In this document: positions 10,109 through 19,626 of the stretch, one piece after another | Layout: every line of letters starts with the position of its first letter | Position numbering within the stretch: the first letter of the stretch is position 1 | DNA from: Massilibacteroides sp. | GTDB lineage: Bacteria; Bacteroidota; Bacteroidia; Bacteroidales; Tannerellaceae | DNA length: 64,000 nucleotides | Reading direction: 5' to 3' | Assembly (NCBI GenBank): GCA_028708075.1 | Contig: JAQVZS010000011.1 | Location: 6,199 to 70,198, forward strand | Made by a program: the position numbers and the translations under genes | Notes under the pieces: generated by a model | Database searches by the model: none | What the model saw: the letters and a program-made list of their open reading frames with translations, nothing else | Told to the model about the DNA's origin: nothing

Positions 10109-11314
10109 ATGGATTCAATTAAACAAATTTACAGGATCGGGCATGGTCCGTCCAGTAGTCACACGATGGGGCCGAAGCGTGCGGCCTCTATTTTTGGAGA
10201 TCGACATAAAGCCGCATCGCGATTTGAAGTAACCTTGTATGGCAGTTTGGCAGCGACAGGAAAGGGGCATTTAACCGACAAAGCAATTTTGGAAGAGTTA
10301 GAGCCAATTGCTAAAACAGATGTAATCTGGGAGCCCCGGGTCTTTTTACCTTTTCATCCGAACGGGATGAAGTTTGAAGCCTTTTCGTCTGATAATGAAT
10401 TAACTGAATCCTGGACTGTTTACAGTATAGGAGGCGGAACGCTTGCCAATCAAGATTTTAATGAACAGAAAACGTCTCGTGTATACGAGATGGAAAAGAT
10501 TCAGGAAATACAAGTATGGTGTGAAAAATCCGGACATTCCTATTGGGAATATGTTGAACAGATGGAAGGAGAATCTATTTGGGATTATTTGGCGGAAGTT
10601 TGGGAAGTGATGCAGCGCGCCATTATGAGAGGGTTGGAAACCGAAGGTATATTACCTGGCGGATTGTGTTTACGCCGGAAAGCATCCGATTATTTGATTC
10701 GTGCGAAAGGGTACGGAAGTAATATTCGTAGCCGGGGTATGGTCTATGCGTATGCACTTGCCGTATCGGAAGAGAATGCAGCGGGAGGGGAAATCGTGAC
10801 GGCGCCGACATGCGGTTCTTGTGGGGTACTTCCGGCGGTTCTGTATTATTTGAAAGAATCCAGAAGTTTTCGGGATTCCCGTATTTTGAGGGCAATGGCG
10901 ACGGCGGCCCTGTTCGGAAATATTGTCAAAACGAATGCGTCTGTTTCTGGTGCTGAAGTCGGTTGCCAGGGAGAAGTCGGCGTTGCTTGCGCCATGGCTG
11001 CTGCTGCTGCGAGTCAGCTCTTTGGCGGAACGCCCGCACAAATCGAATATGCGGCAGAAATGGGCTTGGAACATCATTTAGGGCTAACTTGCGATCCCGT
11101 TTGCGGATTAGTGCAAATACCCTGTATCGAAAGGAATGCTTTTGCGGCTGCCCGGGCTTTGGATGCGAATACATTTTCTAATTTCTCGGATGGTAGGCAT
11201 CGGGTCAGTTTCGACCAGGTAGTCGAAGTCATGCGTCAGACTGGAAATGATTTGCCCAGCCTGTATAAAGAAACTTCGGAAGGAGGACTTGCTAAACATG
11301 TATTAACTTGTTAA
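10109..11314 (+). CDS. sdaA: L-serine ammonia-lyase, iron-sulfur-dependent (single-chain form)
   Basis: 401 aa with the N-terminal signature IGHGPSSSHTMGP and a Cys-containing core (APTCGSCGV). Confidence 0.9.
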   Translation: MDSIKQIYRIGHGPSSSHTMGPKRAASIFGDRHKAASRFEVTLYGSLAATGKGHLTDKAILEELEPIAKTDVIWEPRVFLPFHPNGMKFEAFSSDNELTESWTVYSIGGGTLANQDFNEQKTSRVYEMEKIQEIQVWCEKSGHSYWEYVEQMEGESIWDYLAEVWEVMQRAIMRGLETEGILPGGLCLRRKASDYLIRAKGYGSNIRSRGMVYAYALAVSEENAAGGEIVTAPTCGSCGVLPAVLYYLKESRSFRDSRILRAMATAALFGNIVKTNASVSGAEVGCQGEVGVACAMAAAAASQLFGGTPAQIEYAAEMGLEHHLGLTCDPVCGLVQIPCIERNAFAAARALDANTFSNFSDGRHRVSFDQVVEVMRQTGNDLPSLYKETSEGGLAKHVLTC

Positions 11315-11328
11315 TCGAATAAATAAAT

Positions 11329-12318
11329 ATGAAGAAATTGTTTTTGAATGTATTCTTCTTGAGTGCGTTGGTCGTTGCTTGTTCCTCAGGCGGGAAAAAA
11401 AGTGAAGTGGCAAAGAGTGGAAATCCTATTTTTGAGGGTTGGTATGCAGATCCGGAGGGGATTATTTATGATGATACCTATTGGCTTTATCCTACGTGGA
11501 GCGATTTATTCGAGAAACAGGTTTTTTTCGATTGTTTTTCTTCGAAAGATTTGATCACATGGACGAAACATAGCAATATTCTGGATACCGCGGAAGTAAA
11601 ATGGGCGAAACGAGCGATGTGGGCGCCCGCTGTGCTTCGTAAAGACAATAAATATTATTTGTTTTTTGGTGCGAATGATGTACATGAAGGAGAAGTTGGC
11701 GGAATTGGCGTTGCTGTGAGCGATCGTCCCGAAGGCCCTTATAAAGATTTGTTGGGTAGGCCGCTTATTAACGAAATAGTTAATGGTGCGCAGCCGATCG
11801 ACCAGTTCGTTTTTCAGGATAAAGATGGAGCATATTATATGTATTACGGTGGGTGGCGTCATTGCAATGTGGTCAAGTTGAACGACGACTTTACCGGTCT
11901 TATTCCTTTCGACGATGGCGAAATTTACAAGGACGTGACGCCAGAAAATTATGTGGAAGGCCCGTTTATGTTTATAAAAGACGATAAATACTATTTTATG
12001 TGGAGCGAAGGCGGATGGACAGGCCCGGATTATTCCGTAGCCTATGCTATCTCGGATTCACCTTTCGGTCCGTTTGATCGTGTAGGCAAAATTCTTCAAC
12101 AAGATCCAGACGTTGCTACGGGAGCCGGACATCATTCCGTAATGCATATCCCGGGGACGGACGATTATTATATTGTATATCACCGCAGACCATTGAACGA
12201 TACGGGACGTGATCACCGTGTGACTTGTATTGATAAGATGACTTTTGATGAAAACGGCTATATTAATCCGGTGAAAATTACGTTCGAAGGAGTAGAAAAA
12301 AGAGAAATAAAAGAATAG
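11329..12318 (+). CDS. Glycoside hydrolase family 43 lipoprotein
   Basis: 329 aa with lipobox LVVACSS, NPIFEGWYADPEGIIYDDTYWLYPT and a GH43-type five-bladed propeller pattern. Confidence 0.85.
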   Translation: MKKLFLNVFFLSALVVACSSGGKKSEVAKSGNPIFEGWYADPEGIIYDDTYWLYPTWSDLFEKQVFFDCFSSKDLITWTKHSNILDTAEVKWAKRAMWAPAVLRKDNKYYLFFGANDVHEGEVGGIGVAVSDRPEGPYKDLLGRPLINEIVNGAQPIDQFVFQDKDGAYYMYYGGWRHCNVVKLNDDFTGLIPFDDGEIYKDVTPENYVEGPFMFIKDDKYYFMWSEGGWTGPDYSVAYAISDSPFGPFDRVGKILQQDPDVATGAGHHSVMHIPGTDDYYIVYHRRPLNDTGRDHRVTCIDKMTFDENGYINPVKITFEGVEKREIKE

Positions 12319-12397
12319 TCTTGTTGTGTTGTAAAGTCTGAATTACACTAATGTGCTAAAAATTGCTATCTCTGTATTGCAATGTGGATTATTTTAA

Positions 12398-12405
12398 TAT
12401 ATTTG
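12398..12405 (+). promoter_or_regulatory. Putative -7 promoter box (TATATTTG) for the AAA ATPase gene
   Basis: TAnnTTTG match 22 bp upstream of the GTG start at 12428. Confidence 0.35.
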
Positions 12406-12427
12406 CATCTCGGATGTAATTTATATC

Positions 12428-13606
12428 GTGGAAGCATTTTACAGGACACATAATTATTTGCTGGAGCATACGACTTCTCCAGTGCGTCGTAAATTGATGG
12501 ATGAAATCAATTGGAACGATCGTTTGATTGGTATTAAAGGGTCGAGAGGGGTTGGTAAAACTCTGTTCTTGTTGGAATATGCCCGTGAATTTTACGGGAA
12601 GGATAACCGGGAGTGCCTTTATATTAATCTGAACCATTTTTATTTTACGGAATGCTCGTTGATAGATTTCGTTGCTGAATTCCGCTCCAAAGGCGGAAAG
12701 GTACTGTTGATTGATCAAGTGTTTAAATATCCTGATTGGTCGCGTGAACTTCGTTACTGTTACGATAATTATTTGGACGTAAAAATTGTGTTTTCAGGAT
12801 CTTCGGTAATGCGTCTGAAAGAAGAGAACCCGGATCTTTCCGGTTGTGTGAAGTCGTATAATCTACGCGGATTTTCTTTTCGTGAGTATGTCAACTTAAT
12901 GGTCGGAACGTCTTTTCCTGCTTTTACGCTGGAAGAGATTCTTCGGGATCATGTTCGTATTGCAGAGATGATTTGCTCGGAAATAAAACCGATGGCTTTT
13001 TTGCATGATTATATGCATCACGGCTATTATCCGTTTTTTTTGGAAAAAAGAAATTTTTCCGAAAATTTGCTGAAAACGATGAATATGATGCTGGAGGTGG
13101 ATGTACTTTACATTAAACAGATAGAGCAAAGTTATTTGCCGAAGTTGCGGAAATTACTCTATTTATTAGCGATTAGCGCACCTTGTGCACCGAACGTAAG
13201 CCAGTTGAGCAAAGACATTGAAACCAGCAGAGCGACTGTCATGAATTATATTAAATATTTGACGGACGCACGTTTGATGAATATGCTTTATCCGGAAGGA
13301 GACAGTTTCCCGAAGAAGCCGGCAAAAGTATATATGAACAACACCAATTTGATGTATCCTATTCGTCCAATGGCAGTTAATCAACAAGCACTCAGAGAAA
13401 CTTTTTTCTACAACATGCTACACAAAGACAGCAAATTATATGTAGGTACGAAAAATGTACAGTTTCGGGTAGATAAGACACATTATTTTAAAGTTGAAGA
13501 AGCTGTGAAAGGAAAGGTAAATCCGGATTGGTATTATGCCGTGGAAAAGGTAGAGATTGGAGCTGAGAACGTGATTCCTTTGTGGTTGTTCGGTTTTCTT
13601 TATTGA
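12428..13606 (+). CDS. AAA+ ATPase (AAA_14/DUF4143-type, COG1373-like)
   Basis: 392 aa with a GTG start, Walker A GSRGVGKT, a Walker B-like VLLIDQV followed by YPDW, and a C-terminal winged-helix-like region. Confidence 0.8.
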   Translation: MEAFYRTHNYLLEHTTSPVRRKLMDEINWNDRLIGIKGSRGVGKTLFLLEYAREFYGKDNRECLYINLNHFYFTECSLIDFVAEFRSKGGKVLLIDQVFKYPDWSRELRYCYDNYLDVKIVFSGSSVMRLKEENPDLSGCVKSYNLRGFSFREYVNLMVGTSFPAFTLEEILRDHVRIAEMICSEIKPMAFLHDYMHHGYYPFFLEKRNFSENLLKTMNMMLEVDVLYIKQIEQSYLPKLRKLLYLLAISAPCAPNVSQLSKDIETSRATVMNYIKYLTDARLMNMLYPEGDSFPKKPAKVYMNNTNLMYPIRPMAVNQQALRETFFYNMLHKDSKLYVGTKNVQFRVDKTHYFKVEEAVKGKVNPDWYYAVEKVEIGAENVIPLWLFGFLY

Positions 13607-13638
13607 TTACAAACAAGTGTTACTTAAATAAATTTAAA

Positions 13639-16600
13639 ATGACAAAACAGAAGAAATTTTTGACCTGTGACGGGAATCAGGCGGCTGCACATATTTCATA
13701 TATGTTCAGCGAAGTTGCCGCGATTTACCCGATCACCCCGTCTTCTACGATGGCAGAATACGTAGATGAATGGGCTGCTGCCGGAAGAAAGAATATTTTC
13801 GGCGAAACGGTTCTTGTGCAGGAAATGCAGTCGGAAGGTGGTGCCGCAGGTGCCGTTCACGGTTCGTTACAAGCCGGAGCATTGACCACGACGTATACAG
13901 CTTCACAGGGCTTGTTGTTGATGATTCCTAATATGTATAAAATAGCCGGGGAATTACTTCCTTGTGTATTCCATGTATCTGCCCGTACAATCGCTTCTCA
14001 TGCGTTGTCTATTTTCGGCGATCATCAGGATGTGATGGCTGCCAGACAGACTGGCTTTGCAATGCTGGCGGAAGGTTCCGTACAGGAAGTAATGGATTTG
14101 GCTGCAGTAGCTCATTTAGCTACAATCAAATCGCGTGTACCTTTTGTCAACTTTTTCGACGGGTTCCGTACTTCTCACGAGATTCAAAAAATTGAAGCTT
14201 TGGAACAGGAAGATGTGGCACATTTGATTGACCAGGATGCATTGGCAGCTTTTCGTAACCGCGCGTTAAGTCCTGAAAAACCGGTTGCCCGTGGTATGGC
14301 GGAAAACCCGGATGTTTTCTTTCAGCATAAAGAAGCTGCCAATAAATATTACGAAGCTGTTCCCGGTATTGTAGAAGAGTATATGAAAGAATTATCTGCT
14401 ATTACCGGACGGAAATATAGTTTGTTTGATTATTACGGTGCGGAAGATGCCGATCGTGTAATCATTGCTATGGGATCAGTGACGGAAGCTATTCGCGAAG
14501 CCATCGATTACCTTATCGCTCAAGGCGAAAAGGTAGGTTTGGTTGCCGTTCACCTGTATCGTCCATTTTCTGCCAAGCATTTTCTTGCGGCTGTACCTAA
14601 AACCGCAAAACGTATTGCTGTTCTCGACCGGACAAAAGAACCGGGTGCTACAGGGGAACCGTTGTATTTGGATGTGAAAGATTGTTTTTACGGACAGGAG
14701 GACGCCCCGGTTGTTGTAGGCGGACGTTATGGTTTGTCTTCTAAAGATACGACTCCAGCTCAGATCCTTTCTGTTTATGAAAATCTAGCATTGTCTTTGC
14801 CGAAAACAAACTTCACGATCGGGATTGTCGACGACGTAACTTTTACTTCTCTGCCTCCACGCGAAGAAATCGCTTTGGGTGGTGAAGGAATGTACGAAGC
14901 TAAATTTTATGGTTTGGGTGCCGACGGTACAGTTGGTGCAAACAAAAACTCGGTAAAAATAATAGGCGACAACACGAATAAGTACTGCCAGGCTTATTTC
15001 TCTTACGACTCGAAAAAGTCTGGAGGATTTACCTGTTCCCACCTTCGTTTCGGCAATACCCCTATCCGTTCGACGTATTTGGTTAATACCCCTAATTTTG
15101 TGGCTTGCCATGTTCAGGCTTATTTGAGAATGTACGATGTAACGCGTGGATTACGTGAAAACGGTACGTTTCTGTTGAATACTGTTTGGAGTGCCGAAGA
15201 GTTGAACAAACATCTGCCTAACCGGGTGAAACGTTATTTTGCAAAGAAAAAAATCACGGTTTATTATATCAATGCAACGCAAATTGCTTATGAAATTGGT
15301 TTAGGTAACCGTACCAATACGATTCTTCAATCGGCATTCTTCCGTATAACGAAAGTTATTCCTGTTGATCTGGCTGTCGAACAAATGAAGAAATTCATTG
15401 TGAAGTCTTACGGTAAGAAAGGAGAAGATGTAGTCAACAAAAATTATGCAGCGGTAGATCGTGGAGGGGAATACTCCATTTTGGAAGTAAACCCGGAATG
15501 GTCGAATTTACCGGACGATCCGAAAGACGAAGTGCAAGTGCCTGAATTTATCGGCAATGTAGTGAACGTGATCAATGCCCAGGATGGTGATTTGTTGCCG
15601 GTTTCCACTTTTGTTGGAATTGAAGACGGAACTTGGCAATTGGGTACGGCTGAATACGAAAAACGTGGGGTGGCACCGTTTGTTCCGGAATGGACTTCTG
15701 AAAATTGTATCCAATGTAACAAATGTGCTTATGTTTGTCCTCACGCTTGTATCCGTCCGTTTGTGCTTGATGAAGTTGAACAGACGAAAGCTCCATTTGA
15801 AGATGGCCTGTTAAAGGCTGTCGGTAAACAGTTCGACGGAATGAAGTTTCGTATTCAGGTTTCTGTTCTCGACTGCCTGGGTTGCGGAAACTGTGTGGAT
15901 GTTTGCCCGGGCAATAAACAAGGCAAAGCATTAAAAATGGAACTCTTGGAAAGCCAGTTGGACGAAGTCCCTAAATGGCAATATTGCGCTTCCGAGGTCA
16001 AGAGCAAACAGCATCTCGTCAATATAAATGCTAACGTAAAAAATTCTCAATTTGCGACCCCATTATTTGAATTTTCCGGAGCTTGTTCCGGTTGCGGTGA
16101 AACGCCTTATGTGAAATTAATTACCCAATTGTTCGGCGATCGTGAAATGGTTGCGAATGCAACAGGTTGTTCTTCTATTTATTCCGGGTCGGTACCTTCT
16201 ACACCATACGCTAAGAATGAAAACGGACATGGTCCGGCATGGGCGAACTCGCTGTTTGAAGATTTTGCTGAATTCGGTCTGGGTATGACTTTGGCGGTTG
16301 AGAAAATGCGTGAACGCATAGAAAAAATAATGAAACAGTCGATTGACGCAGGTTGTCCGGAAGAAGCAAGAGTTTTGTTCGAGGATTGGATCGTAAACAA
16401 GAAAGATGCTGAAAAGACGAAAGAGTTGGCTCCTCAGATTATGGCTTTGGTAAGTGCATCGGCCGATAAATGTCCGTATTGCAAAGAGTTGGTCTCTTTG
16501 AGCCATTATTTAATTAAAAAATCGCAATGGATTATTGGTGGTGACGGTGCTTCGTACGACATTGGTTTCGGTGGGCTCGATCATGTCATTGCTTCCGGTA

Positions 16601-17199
16601 AAAACGTTAATATTCTGGTGCTGGATACAGAGGTTTATTCTAATACCGGAGGACAGTCTTCAAAAGCAACACCGGTAGGAGCTATTGCCAAATTCGCTGC
16701 CGCTGGAAAACGTGTCCGTAAGAAAGACTTGGGATTGATGGCTACAACTTATGGTTATGTATATGTCGCTCAGATTGCAATGGGAGCTGATCAGGCACAG
16801 ACTTTGAAAGCAATCCGTGAGGCGGAAGCGTATGATGGTCCTTCATTGATTATTGCTTACTCGCCTTGTATTAGCCACGGACTTCGTGCCGGAATGGGTA
16901 AAAGTCAGCAAGAACAGGCTGATGCTGTGGCTTGTGGATATTGGCATTTGTGGCGTTATAATCCGGCCTTCGAAGCGGAAGGGAAAAATCCGTTCACGCT
17001 GGATAGTAAGGAGCCGAATTGGGATAATTTTGAGGCTTTCCTTAAAGGTGAAGTCCGTTATTCTTCCGTGATGAAACAATATCCCGCAGAAGCGGCGGAA
17101 TTATTTCAGGCAGCTAAGAAAAATGCACAGTGGCGATATAATAATTACAAACGTTTAGCTCATCAAGAGTGGAATGTTGAAACATCTGCTGAAGCTTGA
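13639..17199 (+). CDS. nifJ: Pyruvate:ferredoxin (flavodoxin) oxidoreductase
   Basis: The start was moved to MTKQKKFLTCDGNQAAAH (ATG 13639). It has two 4Fe-4S motifs (CIQCNKCAYVCP, CLGCGNCVDVCP) and the TPP site GGDGASYDIGFGGLDH. Confidence 0.95.
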   Translation: MTKQKKFLTCDGNQAAAHISYMFSEVAAIYPITPSSTMAEYVDEWAAAGRKNIFGETVLVQEMQSEGGAAGAVHGSLQAGALTTTYTASQGLLLMIPNMYKIAGELLPCVFHVSARTIASHALSIFGDHQDVMAARQTGFAMLAEGSVQEVMDLAAVAHLATIKSRVPFVNFFDGFRTSHEIQKIEALEQEDVAHLIDQDALAAFRNRALSPEKPVARGMAENPDVFFQHKEAANKYYEAVPGIVEEYMKELSAITGRKYSLFDYYGAEDADRVIIAMGSVTEAIREAIDYLIAQGEKVGLVAVHLYRPFSAKHFLAAVPKTAKRIAVLDRTKEPGATGEPLYLDVKDCFYGQEDAPVVVGGRYGLSSKDTTPAQILSVYENLALSLPKTNFTIGIVDDVTFTSLPPREEIALGGEGMYEAKFYGLGADGTVGANKNSVKIIGDNTNKYCQAYFSYDSKKSGGFTCSHLRFGNTPIRSTYLVNTPNFVACHVQAYLRMYDVTRGLRENGTFLLNTVWSAEELNKHLPNRVKRYFAKKKITVYYINATQIAYEIGLGNRTNTILQSAFFRITKVIPVDLAVEQMKKFIVKSYGKKGEDVVNKNYAAVDRGGEYSILEVNPEWSNLPDDPKDEVQVPEFIGNVVNVINAQDGDLLPVSTFVGIEDGTWQLGTAEYEKRGVAPFVPEWTSENCIQCNKCAYVCPHACIRPFVLDEVEQTKAPFEDGLLKAVGKQFDGMKFRIQVSVLDCLGCGNCVDVCPGNKQGKALKMELLESQLDEVPKWQYCASEVKSKQHLVNINANVKNSQFATPLFEFSGACSGCGETPYVKLITQLFGDREMVANATGCSSIYSGSVPSTPYAKNENGHGPAWANSLFEDFAEFGLGMTLAVEKMRERIEKIMKQSIDAGCPEEARVLFEDWIVNKKDAEKTKELAPQIMALVSASADKCPYCKELVSLSHYLIKKSQWIIGGDGASYDIGFGGLDHVIASGKNVNILVLDTEVYSNTGGQSSKATPVGAIAKFAAAGKRVRKKDLGLMATTYGYVYVAQIAMGADQAQTLKAIREAEAYDGPSLIIAYSPCISHGLRAGMGKSQQEQADAVACGYWHLWRYNPAFEAEGKNPFTLDSKEPNWDNFEAFLKGEVRYSSVMKQYPAEAAELFQAAKKNAQWRYNNYKRLAHQEWNVETSAEA

Positions 17200-17221
17200 T
17201 TTTGGTTGATAATATAAAAAA

Positions 17222-17251
17222 AGCGATGACCTTGAGGTCATCGCTTTTTTT
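17222..17251 (+). terminator. Intrinsic terminator after nifJ
   Basis: Perfect 10-bp stem AGCGATGACC / GGTCATCGCT with a TTGA loop, followed by a T7 run. Confidence 0.8.
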
Positions 17252-17294
17252 ATATCAGGCGAAAGATGTATCTTTACCTCTTCATTTACAGAGT

Positions 17295-18071
17295 ATGATA
17301 AAAGCAATTTTCTTTGACATTGATGGAACGCTGGTTAGTTTTAATACGCACGAAATACCCGCATCGACCAAAAAAGCATTAACCGAATTACGAGAAAAAG
17401 GAATCCGTCTGTTTATCGCTACAGGAAGACATAAATTAGCCATAAATAATTTAGGAGATGAAGTCTTTGACGGTTTTGTCACGATGAATGGAAGTTATTG
17501 TATCGATCAACAGGGCAAGACTGTTTATAAACACCGTATTCCGACGAAAGATATTGAACGATTACGCCATTATTTGAATGAAGATGAATCTTTTCCCTGC
17601 ATATTGGTGCAAGAGCGCAGCATGCTGTTAAATTATAAAAACGAAAAAGTCGAAGAGGTGTTGGATTTGCTGAATTTTCCTCAACCGCCCATTGGTGATT
17701 TTCGAAAGGTTCCCGCCGACGGAGTCTATCAATTAATTGCCTTCTTCGATGTGGATCAAGAAAAACGAATTATGGAGATATTATCTGGATGTGAATCTAC
17801 GCGTTGGTGTTCGTTATTTACAGATGTAGTTCCTTCAGGAAGTAATAAGAGTGTTGGTATTGATCGCTTATTGGAATATTATGGCATTTCGATTGAAGAG
17901 ACAATGGCTTTTGGGGATGGAGGAAACGATATTGCTATGCTTGAACATGTTGGTTTAGGAGTTGCTATGGGTAATTCGGACGATAAAGTAAAACAATCGG
18001 CTGATTATGTGACGGATAGTGTAGATTGTGATGGGATATACAACGCTTTGAAACGCTTCTATGTTATCTAA
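17295..18071 (+). CDS. Cof-type HAD-IIB family phosphatase
   Basis: The start was moved to MIKAIFFDIDGTL (ATG 17295), downstream of the nifJ terminator. It carries HAD motifs DIDGT and GDGGNDIAM. Confidence 0.85.
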   Translation: MIKAIFFDIDGTLVSFNTHEIPASTKKALTELREKGIRLFIATGRHKLAINNLGDEVFDGFVTMNGSYCIDQQGKTVYKHRIPTKDIERLRHYLNEDESFPCILVQERSMLLNYKNEKVEEVLDLLNFPQPPIGDFRKVPADGVYQLIAFFDVDQEKRIMEILSGCESTRWCSLFTDVVPSGSNKSVGIDRLLEYYGISIEETMAFGDGGNDIAMLEHVGLGVAMGNSDDKVKQSADYVTDSVDCDGIYNALKRFYVI

Positions 18072-18171
18072 AATGAAGTTAAGAAAGTTTTCAAAAAAAT
18101 CATTAAGTATAATTGATGTTAATATTTTGAATTGTAACGGCTTTGTAATGTATGTTTTAAAACATAATGTT

Positions 18172-18179
18172 TATCTTTG
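18172..18179 (+). promoter_or_regulatory. Putative -7 promoter box (TATCTTTG) upstream of the small ORF
   Basis: TAnnTTTG match 85 bp upstream of the ATG at 18265. A 7-bp leader hairpin CTCTCCA/TGGAGAG lies at 18230-18247. Confidence 0.3.
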
Positions 18180-18264
18180 TCATGTAATAAGAAAAAAAGA
18201 ATTGTTTAGATTATCTATTTATTAACCAACTCTCCAGGAGTGGAGAGATTAAAACCAAAAGAAA

Positions 18265-18423
18265 ATGATGACAAGAAAAGAAGAAGTACTACGTACTTTA
18301 GCGATGTTGCGTTATGAAGCGAACAGGTACCAATCCGTTGGGAACGGTTCGATGTGTCAACGAGTTAATATGAAAATTCGTCGTTTAATGAACGAATTGG
18401 ATGTAGACGTAGTTAAAAACTAA
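18265..18423 (+). CDS. Candidate small protein (52 aa), not in the ORF track
   Basis: ATG preceded by the A-rich leader AAAACCAAAAGAAA. It encodes MMTRKEEVLRTLAMLRYEANRYQSVGNGSMCQRVNMKIRRLMNELDVDVVKN. It lies in an otherwise empty 540-bp gap and is followed by a weak hairpin plus a T7 run. No homology is recognised. Confidence 0.35.
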   Translation: MMTRKEEVLRTLAMLRYEANRYQSVGNGSMCQRVNMKIRRLMNELDVDVVKN

Positions 18424-18609
18424 ATCTGGAATCCCGGATTTTTTTAAATTAAGTAATTAACAAGACGTATCTCTTGCCACCGTCTGTAATGGAATGGTAA
18501 GAGATGTTAGATGAGAGGCTTTCATCGTCAATAGGGGCGAAGAGAGGCCTTTTTCTTTTTTTAGTCCCCTCAGTTTCTTTAAAACCACTATCTTTATTCG
18601 CTGAATAAA

Positions 18610-19626
18610 ATGTATAAAATGAATACTAAAGCGAGTCTTTTATTTTTATTGTTTATCCATAGCGGATGTTATTTGTTAGCGCAATCTTCTAAAGATGCGG
18701 GATTGTCGTTGATCGATCGGGAAACGGCGGAAGCTTTTGTCAGTTTTTTAGCCTCCGATGAACTCGAAGGTCGTGAAGCTGGTTCTCGTGGCGGACATAT
18801 CGCCGGTGTGTATCTTGTTTCCTGCCTGAAGCAGATGGGGCTTGCTCCTCTGGAAGATTCTTATTATCAACCGTTTGAAGCGTATAGCCGGGAACGTCAG
18901 AAAAAACAGCGCTTTCAAGTTGAACCCGATTCAATTGACGTAATAAAACAGGAGACGGTTTATCGTATTTTAGCAATGCGTAATGTGTTGGCAAAAATAG
19001 AAGGGATGCGCAAAAATGAATATGTGGTAATCGGGGCGCATTATGATCATTTGGGGATTGATCCAGACTTGGTTGGTGATCAGATTTATAACGGAGCCGA
19101 TGATAACGCGTCGGGCGTTTCTGCCGTTTTGCAGATTGCCCGTGCCTTTATTGCTTCAGGAGTTCAACCGGAACGCACAATAGTATTCGCTTTTTGGGAT
19201 GGCGAAGAGAAAGGTTTGCTGGGTTCACGTTACTTTACACAAAATTTCTCCGGTATGGATCAGGTAAAGGGATATTTGAATTTTGATATGATCGGACGAA
19301 ATAATGACGAATCGAATCCGAATCAGGTTGTTTATTTTTATACGGAAGCACATCCGGCTTTCGGAGATTGGCTAAAAAATGATGTTGCAAAATACAAACT
19401 GAGTTTAGTACCAAGCTACCGACCTTGGGAGCGACCGGTCAGTGGGAGTGATAACTCATCGTTTGCCCGTTTGGATATACCCGTGATTTGGTATCATACA
19501 GATGGTCACCCGGATTATCATATGCCGAGTGACCATGCCGATAAAATAAATTGGAATAAGCTGGTCGATATAACGAAAGCTGCTTATTTAAATCTTTGGA
19601 ATTTGGCGAATGAACCGGCATATTGA
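18610..19626 (+). CDS. M28 family metallopeptidase (secreted aminopeptidase-like)
   Basis: 338 aa with a signal peptide and zinc-ligand motifs GAHYDHLG, NGADDNASGVSAVLQIA and FWDGEEKGLLGS. Confidence 0.85.
   Translation: MYKMNTKASLLFLLFIHSGCYLLAQSSKDAGLSLIDRETAEAFVSFLASDELEGREAGSRGGHIAGVYLVSCLKQMGLAPLEDSYYQPFEAYSRERQKKQRFQVEPDSIDVIKQETVYRILAMRNVLAKIEGMRKNEYVVIGAHYDHLGIDPDLVGDQIYNGADDNASGVSAVLQIARAFIASGVQPERTIVFAFWDGEEKGLLGSRYFTQNFSGMDQVKGYLNFDMIGRNNDESNPNQVVYFYTEAHPAFGDWLKNDVAKYKLSLVPSYRPWERPVSGSDNSSFARLDIPVIWYHTDGHPDYHMPSDHADKINWNKLVDITKAAYLNLWNLANEPAY

Noticed and set aside
18073-18225. A 50-codon ORF (MKLRKFSKKSLSIIDVN...) starts 2 bp after the HAD gene stop.
   Set aside because: The sequence is very AT-rich and low-complexity, it spans the candidate promoter box for the next small ORF, and it has no supporting features. 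It is likely spurious.
18424-18609. A possible riboswitch or known sRNA in the structured region upstream of the M28 peptidase gene.
   Set aside because: I could not match the hairpins to any conserved riboswitch core (no recognisable SAM, TPP, FMN, cobalamin, glycine or lysine signatures). It is kept only as an unexplained structure in the findings.
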